Part shown: positions 37,563 to 48,624 of the stretch, in pieces | Layout: every line of letters begins with the position of its first letter | Position numbering within the stretch: the first letter of the stretch is position 1 | Origin: Hyphomonas sp. | Lineage (GTDB): Bacteria; Pseudomonadota; Alphaproteobacteria; Caulobacterales; Hyphomonadaceae | Direction of reading: 5' to 3' | Length of the DNA stretch: 64,000 nt | NCBI GenBank assembly: GCA_020638455.1 | Contig: JACKIK010000003.1 | Location: 504,154 to 568,153 of the forward strand | Position numbers and translations under genes: made by a program | Notes under the pieces: generated by a model | Database searches by the model: none | What the model was told of the DNA's origin: nothing | What the model saw: the letters and a program-made list of their open reading frames with translations, nothing else

Positions 37563-37856
37563 ATGAGCCTTTCGACGAATGACATGATCTATATCGAGCA
37601 GCGCGTCGCAAACGAGAAGAAAAGCGCCGGCGCCGCCTATCTGCTCTGGTTCTTCCTCGGCTTCGTCTCGGCGCACCGCTTCTATCTCGGCAAGTGGGGC
37701 ACCGCGATCCTGCAGATCATCTCCTATTTCTTCCTCATCGGCTTTGTCTGGTGGTTCCTCGACTTCTTCCTGATCCCCTCGATCATCGAGGACGATCTCG
37801 ACGACAAGCGCGCCCGCCTTGGCAGCTATCTCAGCCACCGCGACTACGCCTGGTAA
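37563..37856 (+). CDS. TM2 domain membrane protein
   Basis: KKSAGAAYLLWFFLG...AHRFYLGK, WWFLDFFLIP; RBS aaggag. Confidence 0.88.
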   Translation: MSLSTNDMIYIEQRVANEKKSAGAAYLLWFFLGFVSAHRFYLGKWGTAILQIISYFFLIGFVWWFLDFFLIPSIIEDDLDDKRARLGSYLSHRDYAW

Positions 37857-37976
37857 GGTCGCCAATCCGCAATTCCTCAGGCAGGCAGGAAGGCACGCCC
37901 TTCCCTGCCTGCTTTTCGTTTGACCAGTTATTTTCGATATTGTATAAATATTCCACGATATAGAAAGGAACAGAAC

Positions 37977-38444
37977 ATGGCTGAGCTTTACCGCCCGAGG
38001 GGCCTCTCCAGCGCGGTCTGTTATGTCGACGCCAAGGCCGCCTTCAAATGGCTGGAAGCCGCCTTCGGTTTCGAGCCTCTGTTCATCCTGCTCGACGAGA
38101 ACGATAACCTCGCCCACTCCGAAATGACCTTCGGCAACAGCTATGTGATGATCGGCAACGAATGGTCGGAGGATCACCGCAGTCCGAAGAGTCTCGGCGG
38201 CAAGAATACCCAGACCGTGCATGTTCAGCTCGAAAAGGGCGACGACATCGACGCCCACTGCGAACGCGCCCGCGCAGCCGGCGCAGAGATCATGACCGAA
38301 TGCGAAACCCAGTTCTATGGCGACCGCACCTATCGCGCCCGCGATCCGGAGGGCCACATCTGGACCTTCGCTGTCACCGTCGTGGAAATGATGCCCGACG
38401 ACTGGGACAAGGCATCCGGCCTGCGCACGGTGACCAGCCTGTGA
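37977..38444 (+). CDS. VOC/glyoxalase (PhnB-like) protein
   Basis: WLEAAFGF, HSEM.FG, QFYGDRTYRARDPEGHIW. Confidence 0.88.
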   Translation: MAELYRPRGLSSAVCYVDAKAAFKWLEAAFGFEPLFILLDENDNLAHSEMTFGNSYVMIGNEWSEDHRSPKSLGGKNTQTVHVQLEKGDDIDAHCERARAAGAEIMTECETQFYGDRTYRARDPEGHIWTFAVTVVEMMPDDWDKASGLRTVTSL

Positions 38445-38764
38445 GTCTCGACGCAGCCCTTGCCGCGCTCGCCGATCCGGTGCGCCGTCACGCGGTGGAG
38501 CTGCTCGGCCAGAAGCCCCGCCGCGCCGGAGAGCTGGCCGAAGCGCTGGGACTTCCCGCCCCCGCCATGAGCCGGCATTTGCGCATCCTCAAGCAGGGCG
38601 GCCTGGTCGAGGAGACCCATCCCGAATTCGACGCGCGCGTCCGCATCTACACGCTGAAATCCGGCGCCATGGACGAGCTGAAAAGCTGGCTCGCCGCAAC
38701 CGAGGCGATGTGGACCGAACAGCTCGCCGCCTTCAAGGCACATGTCGAGGGCCGGACGGGGTGA
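38441..38764 (+). CDS. ArsR/SmtB family transcriptional regulator
   Basis: ALADPVRR, AGELAE, PAMSRHLRILK..GLV; GTGA overlap. Confidence 0.9.
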   Translation: MSLDAALAALADPVRRHAVELLGQKPRRAGELAEALGLPAPAMSRHLRILKQGGLVEETHPEFDARVRIYTLKSGAMDELKSWLAATEAMWTEQLAAFKAHVEGRTG

Positions 38765-39231
38765 GTGCCGTCATCGTGTCGCTGCGGGTCGCCGCCGCAC
38801 CGGAAGAGGCTTTCGATGTGTTCACCGGCGAAATCGGCGTCTGGTGGCGGCCGAACATGCTCTTCCAGCTCACCCCGCGCGGCGACGGCACGCTGAGCTT
38901 TCAGGACCGCGAACGCCTCGTCACGACACTGCCCAACGGCAAGGTGTTCGAGATCGGCCTCGTCCATGTCTGGCTGCGCGGCGAGCGGCTCGCCTTCTCC
39001 TGGCGCCAGGCAGGCTTCACGGCCGATCAGGTCACCGAAGTCGATATCCGCTTCGAACGCATCGGTGAGGGAACCCGCGTCACCGTGGAGCATCGCGGCT
39101 GGGATTCGATCCCGCAGGAACATGTCGCGCGCCATGGCTTCCCGCTCGCCGCCACGCAGATGCGCCTTGCCGAGCACTGGCGCAGCCTGCTCGCCGGCTT
39201 CGCGAGCCGGATCGCCCGGCCCGGAGGATGA
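38761..39231 (+). CDS. SRPBCC/AHSA1 domain protein
   Basis: PEEAFDVFT..IG.WW, RLAFSW, TEVDIRF, GTRVTVEHRGW; GTGA overlap. Confidence 0.85.
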   Translation: MSAVIVSLRVAAAPEEAFDVFTGEIGVWWRPNMLFQLTPRGDGTLSFQDRERLVTTLPNGKVFEIGLVHVWLRGERLAFSWRQAGFTADQVTEVDIRFERIGEGTRVTVEHRGWDSIPQEHVARHGFPLAATQMRLAEHWRSLLAGFASRIARPGG

Positions 39232-39269
39232 CGGACACACGGAATTGGATGTAGTCTCCCCGAAAAAGA

Positions 39270-40898
39270 ATGGGGAAACGCATGTACGAGGTATCGCTCA
39301 CGGAGTCCTGGTTCCCGGCCCATGGCGGGCCCGAACCAGCCCCGCAGACCATCGGCGCCATGCTCCGCGCGTCGACCGCCCGCCATCCCGGCCAGCCAGC
39401 CATGAAGGCGCTGGACTATGACGGCACCGTCCTTCGCACCTGGACCTATGCCGAACTCCTGGAGGACAGCGAACGGCTCGCCCGCGCGCTGGCCTCGCGC
39501 CATGCCGAGGGCGCCCGCATCGCCGCCTACGCCAACAACGTGCCCGAATGGGTGCTGCTGGAACTCGCCTGTGGCCTCGCCGGGGTCACGCTCGTCACGG
39601 TCAATCCCGCCTACCAGAAGCGCGAGCTCAAATACGTGCTCGAACAGTCCCGCTCGGAGGCGATCTATTATGTCGCCGATTTCCGCGGCAATCCGATGCA
39701 GGACATCGCCGACGCCGTCTGCGACGAGATCCCCGCCATCCGCCACCGCATCCTGCTGACCGACCATGCCGCCCTGTTCGATGGCGAGGACAGCGGCGGC
39801 CTCCGCGATCCGGGCCCGCTCGACCCGACGCAGATACAGTACACATCCGGCACGACCGGTTTCCCGAAAGGCGCCCTGCTCCACCACAACGGCCTTGTCC
39901 TCAACGGGATCGAGAGCATGACGCGCGCCGGCGTCCGCCAGGGCGACAGTTTCGTGCACAACATGCCGCTCTTCCACACCACGGGCTGCGCGATCCTTGT
40001 GCTCGGCGGGCTCGGCGTCGGCGCCACCATGCTGCTCGCCCCGATGTTCGATCCGGAGATGATCGTGCGCGTGATCGAACGGGAACGGACGAATTTCATT
40101 CTTGGCGTGCCGACCATGCTGGTCGCCCTGATCGAGGAGGTCGAACGGTCCGGACGCGACGTCTCGTCCACCCGGCGCATCATGTCCGGCGGCTCGATGG
40201 TGCCGCCGGAACTCTGCCGCAAGGCGCGCAAGGTGTTCGGGGCGCCGATCCAGATCGTCTACGGCCAGACCGAAACCTCCCCCGTCCTCACCCAGACCTG
40301 GTATGAGGACAGCGAGGAAGACCTGACCCAGACGATCGGCCAGCCCTCTGCACATACCGAGATCTCGATCCGCGATCCCGCCACCAACCAGGTCGTGCCG
40401 ATCGGCGAGCAGGGCGAGATCTGCGCCCGCGGCTATGAAGTCATGCTCGGTTACAACGACAATCCCGAAGCGAACGCCGCCACGATCGACCCCGAAAACT
40501 GGCTGCACACCGGGGACCTCGGCCGCATGGATTCGCGCGGCTATGTGAAGATCACCGGCCGCGTGAAGGAGATGATCATCCGCGGCGGGGAAAACCTCTT
40601 CCCGGCCGAGATCGAAAACGCCCTGCTGGAACATGTGGCGATCTCCGAAATCGCCATTGTCGGCATCCCGGACGAGAAATGGGGCGAGCAGGTCGCCTGC
40701 TTCATGCGCGGCAATGCCCATGCCCGGCCGGACAATACCGAACTGAAGGCCTTCATCCGCGAGCGCCTGTCGCCGCAGAAGACGCCGGCTTACTGGATCT
40801 GGGTCGACGAATGGCCGCTCACGGGCTCCGGCAAGATTCAGCGCTTCAGACTGGCGGAGGCGTTCGGACAGGGCGCCTATGACGATCAGCTGCCATAG
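39270..40898 (+). CDS. AMP-dependent acyl-CoA synthetase
   Basis: YTSGTTGFPKG, YGQTE, WLHTGD, GRVKEMIIRGGEN, TGSGKIQR; start may be 39282. Confidence 0.93.
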   Translation: MGKRMYEVSLTESWFPAHGGPEPAPQTIGAMLRASTARHPGQPAMKALDYDGTVLRTWTYAELLEDSERLARALASRHAEGARIAAYANNVPEWVLLELACGLAGVTLVTVNPAYQKRELKYVLEQSRSEAIYYVADFRGNPMQDIADAVCDEIPAIRHRILLTDHAALFDGEDSGGLRDPGPLDPTQIQYTSGTTGFPKGALLHHNGLVLNGIESMTRAGVRQGDSFVHNMPLFHTTGCAILVLGGLGVGATMLLAPMFDPEMIVRVIERERTNFILGVPTMLVALIEEVERSGRDVSSTRRIMSGGSMVPPELCRKARKVFGAPIQIVYGQTETSPVLTQTWYEDSEEDLTQTIGQPSAHTEISIRDPATNQVVPIGEQGEICARGYEVMLGYNDNPEANAATIDPENWLHTGDLGRMDSRGYVKITGRVKEMIIRGGENLFPAEIENALLEHVAISEIAIVGIPDEKWGEQVACFMRGNAHARPDNTELKAFIRERLSPQKTPAYWIWVDEWPLTGSGKIQRFRLAEAFGQGAYDDQLP

Positions 40899-41377
40899 AT
40901 ATCGGTGAAGCGCTGCCACAGGGCAGGCCGCGTCGAGTTGAACGATTCAACCACCAGTGCGTCCGAGGCGGCGGTCGCCCCCGCAATCGCTTCCTCGACG
41001 AAGATATGCGAGGTCGCGACCGCCCAGCTCGCATCGTCCAGCGTCCCGGCACACAGGATCACCAGCTCGGGAGACGCCTCCGGCAGATGCCACATCCGCG
41101 AGCCACATTCGGTGCAGCGTTCGATATTGATCCGGTTGCCGCTGCCGCCGGTGCGCCGGAACACGTCGTAGCTTCCGGACAGCCGTTCCATGTCCACCGC
41201 CGGCACGTGCAGGAACAGGCCATGCGACGAGCCCGTCAGGCGCTGGCAATCCGTGCAATGGCAGGCATTCACGCATTTCGGCGGCGCGATCACACGATAG
41301 CGCACAGCGCCGCAATGGCACCCGCCCTCAATCGGGAAGGCCGGCAGGGGCGGCCGGGAAATGTCGATCCGGATCAT
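40886..41377 (-). CDS. GFA (glutathione-dependent formaldehyde-activating) family protein
   Basis: EGGCHCGAVRY, CHCTDCQR, CTECGS. Confidence 0.9.
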   Translation of the reverse strand: MIRIDISRPPLPAFPIEGGCHCGAVRYRVIAPPKCVNACHCTDCQRLTGSSHGLFLHVPAVDMERLSGSYDVFRRTGGSGNRINIERCTECGSRMWHLPEASPELVILCAGTLDDASWAVATSHIFVEEAIAGATAASDALVVESFNSTRPALWQRFTDIYGS

Positions 41378-41487
41378 GGCGGCAACTGTCTCCCGCCTGC
41401 CCCCTTCCCGCAAGCATGTTCGTGCAAGCCTGCCATGATTTTGCCGCTGCCCGCCGGCATCGTTTCCGGCCTGAAAAGGGAGCGGCG

Positions 41488-41841
41488 ATGAGTGACGGCG
41501 AACATGTCAGGCGGCTGCTGGAACAGCGCAAACAAGGCAGCTCGTCCGCCTCCCGCCCGCCTGTCCGGCGCAGCCATCTCGACAGCGAAATCGCCCGCAG
41601 CGGACACCTTGTCCACAAGCTCAAGGCAAAGGACACGACCGGGCGCTGGGCTTTCTATTTCGTCTACGTGCCCGCCCTTCGCGAACAGCAATTCCTCGAT
41701 GCCCTGCACGGCAACGGCACGATCGACCTCGAAACCTACGGCAAGGTCATCGCTTCCTGCTATGGCGAGGGGCCATCCGAAGAAGTGTGCGCATTCCTGA
41801 AGGAGAAATACGGCTTCGATGTAGCCCCGAAAGGCGGTTGA
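41488..41841 (+). CDS. Hypothetical protein
   Basis: RBS gggag, coding-like codon usage; GRWAFYFVYV...IDLETYGKVIASCYGEGP...LKEKYG. Confidence 0.7.
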   Translation: MSDGEHVRRLLEQRKQGSSSASRPPVRRSHLDSEIARSGHLVHKLKAKDTTGRWAFYFVYVPALREQQFLDALHGNGTIDLETYGKVIASCYGEGPSEEVCAFLKEKYGFDVAPKGG

Positions 41842-41871
41842 CGCAGCCCCCGGCGGCGCGATCATGGCCGC

Positions 41872-42780
41872 ATGAAACGCCTGATCCCTGCCCTCGCCCT
41901 TCTCGCCGCCTGCCAGAACGCACCTGCCGGAACGCCGCCAGCGGACGCCCCTTCCTGGCGCGCGGTCGACCCCGAAAATGTCATCCTGTTCGACATGGGA
42001 GACCACGGCACCATCGCCATCGAACTCTTCCCCGAAGCAGCCCCCGCCAATGCCGCAGCGCTGCGCGCGGCTGCCCGCAGCGGCTTTTTTGACGGGGAAT
42101 ATTTCTACCGGGTCGTCGAAACCCATGTGGCGCAGGCGGGCCGGGAATTCGACCAGCGCCTTGAAGGCATGCCCCGCGTGCCGCTGGAGGCGGAGCGCAC
42201 GGTCAGCGCGGACGGTTTCGACCCGCTCGGCAATGATGACCTGTTCGCTCCCCTCGTCGGCCACCGGGACGGCTTCGCCGTTGGCCGCAAGGGCAATCGG
42301 GAATGGCTGCTCAACTGCCCCGGCGCCGTTGCCATGGCGCGCGACGACGATCCGGACACGGGCGTTGCCGAAGTCTACATCCCCCTGCTCCCGCGCCGCT
42401 ATCTTGACCGCAACTACACCGTCTTCGGCCGCGTCATCTCCGGCATGGACGTGGTGAACCGCCTGGCTCGCGTGGAGCCCGCAACACCGGAGGAAACAGC
42501 GGCCCTGTTCGGCGACGATGCCGCCCTCGCCGGTGAGACAGCGGCGGCACGCGCCACCCGCCTCGCCTCCAACCGGATCGTCTCGGCAAGGGTCGCAGCC
42601 GACCTGCCAGCGGCCGGACGTCCGGCATTCGAGGTGATGGCAACGCCCGGCCCCCACTGGGAGGCGCTCAAGGCATCGAAGCAGGACTATTCCGGCATCT
42701 CCGCCTTTGTCGTCACCCCGCCGCACAAGGTCGACATCTGCACCCTGCCCGTCCCGGCCCGACCCTCGGTCAGCCCTTGA
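41872..42780 (+). CDS. Cyclophilin-type peptidylprolyl isomerase, lipoprotein
   Basis: Lipobox LAAC, FYRVVE.HVAQAG, CPGAVAMAR, YLDRNYTVFGRVISGM. Confidence 0.85.
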   Translation: MKRLIPALALLAACQNAPAGTPPADAPSWRAVDPENVILFDMGDHGTIAIELFPEAAPANAAALRAAARSGFFDGEYFYRVVETHVAQAGREFDQRLEGMPRVPLEAERTVSADGFDPLGNDDLFAPLVGHRDGFAVGRKGNREWLLNCPGAVAMARDDDPDTGVAEVYIPLLPRRYLDRNYTVFGRVISGMDVVNRLARVEPATPEETAALFGDDAALAGETAAARATRLASNRIVSARVAADLPAAGRPAFEVMATPGPHWEALKASKQDYSGISAFVVTPPHKVDICTLPVPARPSVSP

Positions 42781-42905
42781 CCCCGCTCCGTGGTTTCCGA
42801 ACTAATGCCATTGTGATGCGGAGAGGGAATCGATCCGCAATCGATCACGATCAGCGCGAGCGGAGGGCAAGTCCGTCGCGTGCGGACTGACAAAGGGAGC
42901 TGATT

Positions 42906-44189
42906 TTGGGGCCTCAAGGAACTGCAGCGCGCTTCGGCGCGCTCTCGCTGCTGTGCATGGCACTCAGTGCACCGGCGTTCGCGGACACAGGCGACACCGC
43001 CTGGATTCTCACCTCCACTGCACTCGTCCTGTTCATGACGTTGCCGGGCCTTGCGCTCTTCTACGGTGGACTCGTGCAGGCAAAGAACCTCCTCTCGATC
43101 TTCATGCAGTGCATGGCCGTCGCCGCCCTGATGAGCCTCCTGTGGCTGTTCTTCGGCTATTCCGTCGCCTTCGGGCCGGGTGAAGGCGGACTGATCGGCG
43201 GCTTTGCAAGATCCTTCGCCGCCGGAATGACCGGTGCGCCGCTGGAGGGGCAGACGATCCCGGAACCACTTTTCATGATGTTCCAGATGACCTTCGCCAT
43301 CATTACCCCCGCCCTCATCATCGGCGCCTTTGCGGAACGCGTGAACTTCGGCGCCATGCTGATCTTCTGCGCGCTGTGGCTGCTGCTCTGCTATGCGCCC
43401 GTCGTCCACTGGGTCTGGGGCGGCGGCTGGCTCGCCGGCATGGGCGTGATCGACTTTGCCGGCGGTATCGTGGTGCACACGACGGCCGGCGTGTCTGCGC
43501 TTGTCTTCGCTGTCATCCTCGGCCGGCGCGCGCACTTCCCGAACGACATGCGACCGCCGCACAGCCCCGGCTTCGTCATGCTGGGCGCGGCCATGCTCTG
43601 GGTCGGCTGGTTCGGCTTCAACGCCGGCTCCGCCCTCGGCGCAAATGCCGATGCGGCGCGGGCGATGCTTGTGACCCACACTTCGGCCGCAACCGCATCG
43701 CTGGTCTGGATGGGGATCGAATGGGTGAGCTTCCGGCGGCCGACACTGGTCGGCATCGCGACCGGCATGGTGGCGGGCCTCGCGACAATTACGCCTGCCG
43801 CCGGGTCCGTTGGCCCGATTGGAGCGGTGATCATTGGCGCGGCAAGCGCCATGGTCTGCTACTATGCCGTTGTCCACATCCGCCAGAAGCTGAAGATCGA
43901 CGACAGTCTCGACGTCTTCGCGGTGCACGGCGTCGGCGGGATGCTGGGCAGCCTGCTGATCCCCTTCCTCGCCGGGCTCGGTCCGCTCGCGCCGGGGATC
44001 GGGAAGCCCATCCTCGCCCAGTTCGGCGTCCAGCTCCTCGCCGTTGGTGTTGTCGCCGTCTTCTCGGCCGTGGTCACGGCTGGCCTGCTCTACGCCATTC
44101 GCACGATGATCCCCTTGCGGGTGTCACGCGAGGATGAGGACGCAGGCCTCGATTCCGCCTCGCATGGCGAGAGCGCCTATCACCAGTAG
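42906..44189 (+). CDS. amtB: Ammonium transporter (Amt family)
   Basis: PGLALFYGGL, FQMTFA, DFAGGIVVH, LWVGWFGFNAGS, AGLATITP, DDSLDVFAVHGVGG; start uncertain. Confidence 0.93.
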   Translation: MGPQGTAARFGALSLLCMALSAPAFADTGDTAWILTSTALVLFMTLPGLALFYGGLVQAKNLLSIFMQCMAVAALMSLLWLFFGYSVAFGPGEGGLIGGFARSFAAGMTGAPLEGQTIPEPLFMMFQMTFAIITPALIIGAFAERVNFGAMLIFCALWLLLCYAPVVHWVWGGGWLAGMGVIDFAGGIVVHTTAGVSALVFAVILGRRAHFPNDMRPPHSPGFVMLGAAMLWVGWFGFNAGSALGANADAARAMLVTHTSAATASLVWMGIEWVSFRRPTLVGIATGMVAGLATITPAAGSVGPIGAVIIGAASAMVCYYAVVHIRQKLKIDDSLDVFAVHGVGGMLGSLLIPFLAGLGPLAPGIGKPILAQFGVQLLAVGVVAVFSAVVTAGLLYAIRTMIPLRVSREDEDAGLDSASHGESAYHQ

Positions 44190-44243
44190 TGCGCCAACTG
44201 CGATCGCTTGACATCCTGCACCGCGGAGACCACGGCTTGGCGC

Positions 44244-45017
44244 ATGCGTGAGACCCCCCCGCCCTTTGAAACCTCTTCCGGCCTCGCCGCGCTCGCCGGT
44301 GTCGGGCACGGCTATTTTGGCCGGCCAGGCGGCGTGTCCACCGGCCTCTATGCCAGCCTCAATGCGGGGCCCGGCTCGAAGGACGACCCGGTCGCCGTCG
44401 CCCAGAACCGGGACCTGATCCGGCAGGCCATGGGCGCCACCGCCCTCCTCTCCTGCCACCAGGTCCACTCGCCCGACGTGATCCATGTCACCGAAGCCTG
44501 GGACAGGCGCCCCGAAGGCGACGCCATGGTCACCGCAACGCCTGGCCTGGCCCTCTGCATCCTCACCGCCGACTGCACACCCGTCCTCTTTGCGGACGCG
44601 GAGGCCGGCGTCGTCGGCGCGGCCCATGCCGGCTGGAAGGGCGCCCTTGGCGGCGTGCTGGAGGCCACCGTCGCCTCGATGACCGAGCTCGGGGCCGAGC
44701 CCGGCCGCATCCGCGCCGCCATCGGCCCGACGATTGCGCAGGCCAGCTACGAAGTCGGCCCGGAATTCCGCGACACCTTCCTCGAAGCCTCGCCGGCCAG
44801 CGAGGGCCTGTTCGTCCCCGGCAAGGGCGACCGCTTCCATTTCGACCTGCCCGGCTATTGCCACGCCAGCCTCGCGGCCATGGGCCTCGGCCACATCGCC
44901 GACCTTGCCCTCGACACCTGCGCCCTCGAAGACCGGTATTTCTCCAACCGGCGCCGCAATCATCGCGGCGAGCCGGACTATGGCCGAAATGCCTCAGTCA
45001 TCCTGCTCCAGCCGTAA
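44244..45017 (+). CDS. pgeF: Peptidoglycan editing factor / polyphenol oxidase-like YfiH
   Basis: [41 protein letters not shown]. Confidence 0.92.
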   Translation: MRETPPPFETSSGLAALAGVGHGYFGRPGGVSTGLYASLNAGPGSKDDPVAVAQNRDLIRQAMGATALLSCHQVHSPDVIHVTEAWDRRPEGDAMVTATPGLALCILTADCTPVLFADAEAGVVGAAHAGWKGALGGVLEATVASMTELGAEPGRIRAAIGPTIAQASYEVGPEFRDTFLEASPASEGLFVPGKGDRFHFDLPGYCHASLAAMGLGHIADLALDTCALEDRYFSNRRRNHRGEPDYGRNASVILLQP

Positions 45018-45109
45018 ATCTTTGCGGAGGGTGCCAGAGTCCGGTTGCGACTCGGCGCCGGCTGTTACAAAAGCGACGCGAACCGGGGCAAACGGGGTCG
45101 ACCATCGCC

Positions 45110-46045
<936 letters not shown>

Positions 46046-46063
46046 GCCCTTCCGGAAAGCACA

Positions 46064-46094
46064 GGAAAGCCCGCAGCCATGCTGCGGGCTTTCC
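46064..46094. terminator. Bidirectional intrinsic terminator
   Basis: ggaaagcccgcagc-cat-gctgcgggctttcc perfect 14-bp stem between convergent genes. Confidence 0.8.
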
Positions 46095-46113
46095 GCTTAT
46101 TCCAGGCTGTGCA

Positions 46114-48039
46114 TCAGCCGATGCAGTACTGCAGCGGATAGCGGACGCCCTTCACTTCGACCGCGTTGCCGCCGGCGTCGCGCACCGGTTCGAACCGCAA
46201 ACCCGGCAGTTCGGTCGCCGAGGCGTCGAACATGGAATCGGAGCAGCGCGCCACGGCGTTCTTCGGCAGGCCTTCCGTGCCCAGATCGAACAACACCTCG
46301 CACATCGCGCTGCGGCCTTCGCTGGCGGCACCGGCCGGATAGGAAGGATGCGGCGGCGAGAGCGGCTCGGGGGCGAAGCCCTCCTTGAGGCCTGCCGCCC
46401 TGTTGGCGGCGCGGGCCCCCGTCAGGCGCTCGGCCCAGTCAGCCGGCAGTGGCGTTTCCTCAATCCAGCCGACTTGCTTCATGCACGCCGCCGGCATCAC
46501 ATAGGCCGGTGCCTCGGGTGCTTCCGGCGGCGCAGGGGCCGCCGGTGCAGGAGGCGCTTCCAGAGGTTCCGGCGCGAGCGGCGCCACCGGTTCGGCGGGT
46601 GCGGCTGGCGCCAGCGGCGCTACGGGCGGCTTCGCCCCGGAACTTGCCATGATGGTGAGGTCGTCGGCCAGGATCAGGCCCGGCTCGTCCTGCGGATCGT
46701 TGGGCTTCGCACCATGCCAGACTTCAAAGTGCAGGTGCGGGCCCGTTGCTTCTCCGGTTTGGCCGACCTTGCCGATCACATCGCCGGCGTTTACGACGTC
46801 GCCCACTTCGACCGAAATGTCGGACAGCTTGGCGAAGCGCAGCTTCACGTCGTCCGAGACCTGCAAGACCACCAGCTTGCCATAGCCTTCCCGCTCTCCA
46901 GCAAGGGTGACAGTGCCAACGGTCGGGGCATAGACGGGCACGCCTTCGGGGGCCGCAAGGTCGGTCCCGTTGTGCCAGACGGGTTTTTCTGTGATCGGAT
47001 GCTTGCGCGCGCCATAGGCACTCGTCAGCGTCGCCTTGTCGAGCACGGCGTGGCCGTAGTGCACATCGCCGCCCGGCGCCGCACCGGCGCCCTTGATCAG
47101 CATGCCCTGGGCCAGCGCCAGCGGCGTTGCCAGGAGCAGCGCGGCCGCCGCCGCAAGGCCGAGCCGGCGAGGCCGCCGCGCCGGCTCTGTGAGAAGTTCG
47201 GTCAGTCGCATCTTGAGGGTTCCTTCCTTTCTGAGGGTGAAGGCTGCCACAGGCAGCATCGCCTCAAGGCGCGAAACGCGCGCAGCGGACGTCAGGGCAC
47301 GGGCATAGGCGATCCGGTCGCCTGTGATCTCCGCTGCCGCCTCATCGACGGCCGCCTCGCGCCAGTAGTCCAGCTGGTCGCGGATCCACCAGGCGAAGGG
47401 AGAGAACCAGAAGATGTCCGCCACCAGGCGTTCCAGCGGGCGGGCCACAAGATCCCCGCGCTTCAGGTGCACCAATTCGTGCACCAGGATCTGGTGCGTG
47501 TCGGTCCCCATCGCCAGCGCCGACGGCACGTAGATGGAGCGGCGGACGACGCCGGCGAGGAAGGCCGGCCCGGCCGGCACGATCCGCACATCCGGCGCCC
47601 GGCGGATGCCCAGCGCCTCGGCCCAGTGCCGCACATCGCGGCGAGAGCTGAAGGCGCGCCGCTTGAGACGCTGCAGGCGCACCTGGCTCACGATCCAGAG
47701 GACGAGACGCACCGTCCACCCGATAATCAGTATACAGATCACCAGCGTTGCCGGGTCCGGCAGACGGACAGGCGCAGCCTTCGTCGCCACCTCGCCGGCA
47801 ACCGGCGCGACCATCAGCGGCTCCAGCACCGGCAGATCCGGCAATGCGGCCCCGGCCGCCTGCGGCAGGCCCGGCACCACCAGCGAGGCTGCAAACGGGG
47901 CCAGCACCATCGCCGCCGCGACGCGCCAGATCGCCTGCGCCGCCCGCGGCGACGGCTTCAGCCGGCAGAGCAGTGTCGCCGCAAGCCACAGGATACCGCT
48001 CCAGACAAATGCGAGGCAGACCAGTCCGGGCAGGCTCAT
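46114..48039 (-). CDS. BlaR1/MecR1-type M56 metallopeptidase fused to M23 peptidase and TonB C-terminal-like domain
   Basis: HELVH + WFSPFAW + E..VD (M56); HNGTD and GPHLHFEV (M23); Pro-rich linker; P.YP...EGRSA.CEV.FD (TonB_C-like). Confidence 0.85.
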   Translation of the reverse strand: MSLPGLVCLAFVWSGILWLAATLLCRLKPSPRAAQAIWRVAAAMVLAPFAASLVVPGLPQAAGAALPDLPVLEPLMVAPVAGEVATKAAPVRLPDPATLVICILIIGWTVRLVLWIVSQVRLQRLKRRAFSSRRDVRHWAEALGIRRAPDVRIVPAGPAFLAGVVRRSIYVPSALAMGTDTHQILVHELVHLKRGDLVARPLERLVADIFWFSPFAWWIRDQLDYWREAAVDEAAAEITGDRIAYARALTSAARVSRLEAMLPVAAFTLRKEGTLKMRLTELLTEPARRPRRLGLAAAAALLLATPLALAQGMLIKGAGAAPGGDVHYGHAVLDKATLTSAYGARKHPITEKPVWHNGTDLAAPEGVPVYAPTVGTVTLAGEREGYGKLVVLQVSDDVKLRFAKLSDISVEVGDVVNAGDVIGKVGQTGEATGPHLHFEVWHGAKPNDPQDEPGLILADDLTIMASSGAKPPVAPLAPAAPAEPVAPLAPEPLEAPPAPAAPAPPEAPEAPAYVMPAACMKQVGWIEETPLPADWAERLTGARAANRAAGLKEGFAPEPLSPPHPSYPAGAASEGRSAMCEVLFDLGTEGLPKNAVARCSDSMFDASATELPGLRFEPVRDAGGNAVEVKGVRYPLQYCIG

Positions 48040-48431
48040 GACTTGCCTTCCTTCGTCTCTTTTGCGCCGTCCTCGGCAGCGTTGATGATGGCGTCGAGTT
48101 CGTCGAGTTCGGCATCCGAAAGGTGCGGGCTCTCGGCAAACAGCGCCGCCGGGATCGGCCCGTCCATGTCGAGGATCTGCCGGGCGAGGTGGCGCACCAG
48201 TCCGCCCAGCGTCGCCGTCCGGTCCAGCGCGGCGGTGAAGACGGCAATGCCATGCACGTCGGCACGCGTGACCCAGCCCTTCTCTTCCATCCGGGCGATC
48301 ACGGTGCGCGTCGTCGACGGCTTCCACCCCTGCCCCGGACCGACGGCGTCGTGCACTTCCCGCGCGCTCTGCGGCCCGGCGGACCAGAGACGCTTCAGCA
48401 CCGCAAGCTCGGATGAATTGGGTTGGGACAT
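48036..48431 (-). CDS. BlaI/MecI/CopY family repressor
   Basis: SELAVLKRLW, AREVH, WKPSTTRTVIARMEEKGWV, LSDAELDEL. Confidence 0.92.
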   Translation of the reverse strand: MSQPNSSELAVLKRLWSAGPQSAREVHDAVGPGQGWKPSTTRTVIARMEEKGWVTRADVHGIAVFTAALDRTATLGGLVRHLARQILDMDGPIPAALFAESPHLSDAELDELDAIINAAEDGAKETKEGKS

Positions 48432-48461
48432 GGCAACCTCACTATGTTGGTCGCCGACTCA

Positions 48462-48473
48462 CTACACTTGTAG
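48462..48473. promoter_or_regulatory. BlaI/CopY-type operator
   Basis: CTACA-CT-TGTAG, exact TACAnnTGTA, about 30 bp upstream of the repressor start. Confidence 0.85.
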
Positions 48474-48519
48474 CGCACATGCGTCAAGAGGCACGCCGAC
48501 AAGCGGCCTCGAAAACAAG

Positions 48520-48549
48520 AAAGGCCCGGACTCGTCCGGACCTTTTTTC
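48520..48549. terminator. Intrinsic terminator-like hairpin
   Basis: aaaggcccggac-tc-gtccggaccttt flanked by A-rich and T-rich runs. Confidence 0.6.
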
Positions 48550-48555
48550 TTCTTT

Positions 48556-48624
48556 TCCGGTCTGATTCCGGCCTATTTCCGGTCTGCTTACGGACCGCTG
48601 TCCGGACCATTTTCCGGACCGCGC
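48556..48624. repeat. Degenerate 11-12 bp tandem repeat, six units with core TCCGG
   Basis: tccggtctgat tccggcctatt tccggtctgct tacggaccgctg tccggaccattt tccggaccgcgc. Confidence 0.55.

Noticed and set aside
46500-46640. Repetitive GC-rich stretch
   Set aside because: Encodes the Pro/Ala-rich linker (APLAP, PEAP) of the M56-M23 protein; not an independent DNA repeat.
48040-48327. N-terminal extension of the M56 ORF (737 aa as called)
   Set aside because: Overlaps the BlaI gene in another frame; ATG 48039 gives the usual 4-nt overlap and has an RBS.
48556-48624. Possible CRISPR-like array
   Set aside because: Units are only 11-12 bp, with no unique spacers and no cas genes in the window.
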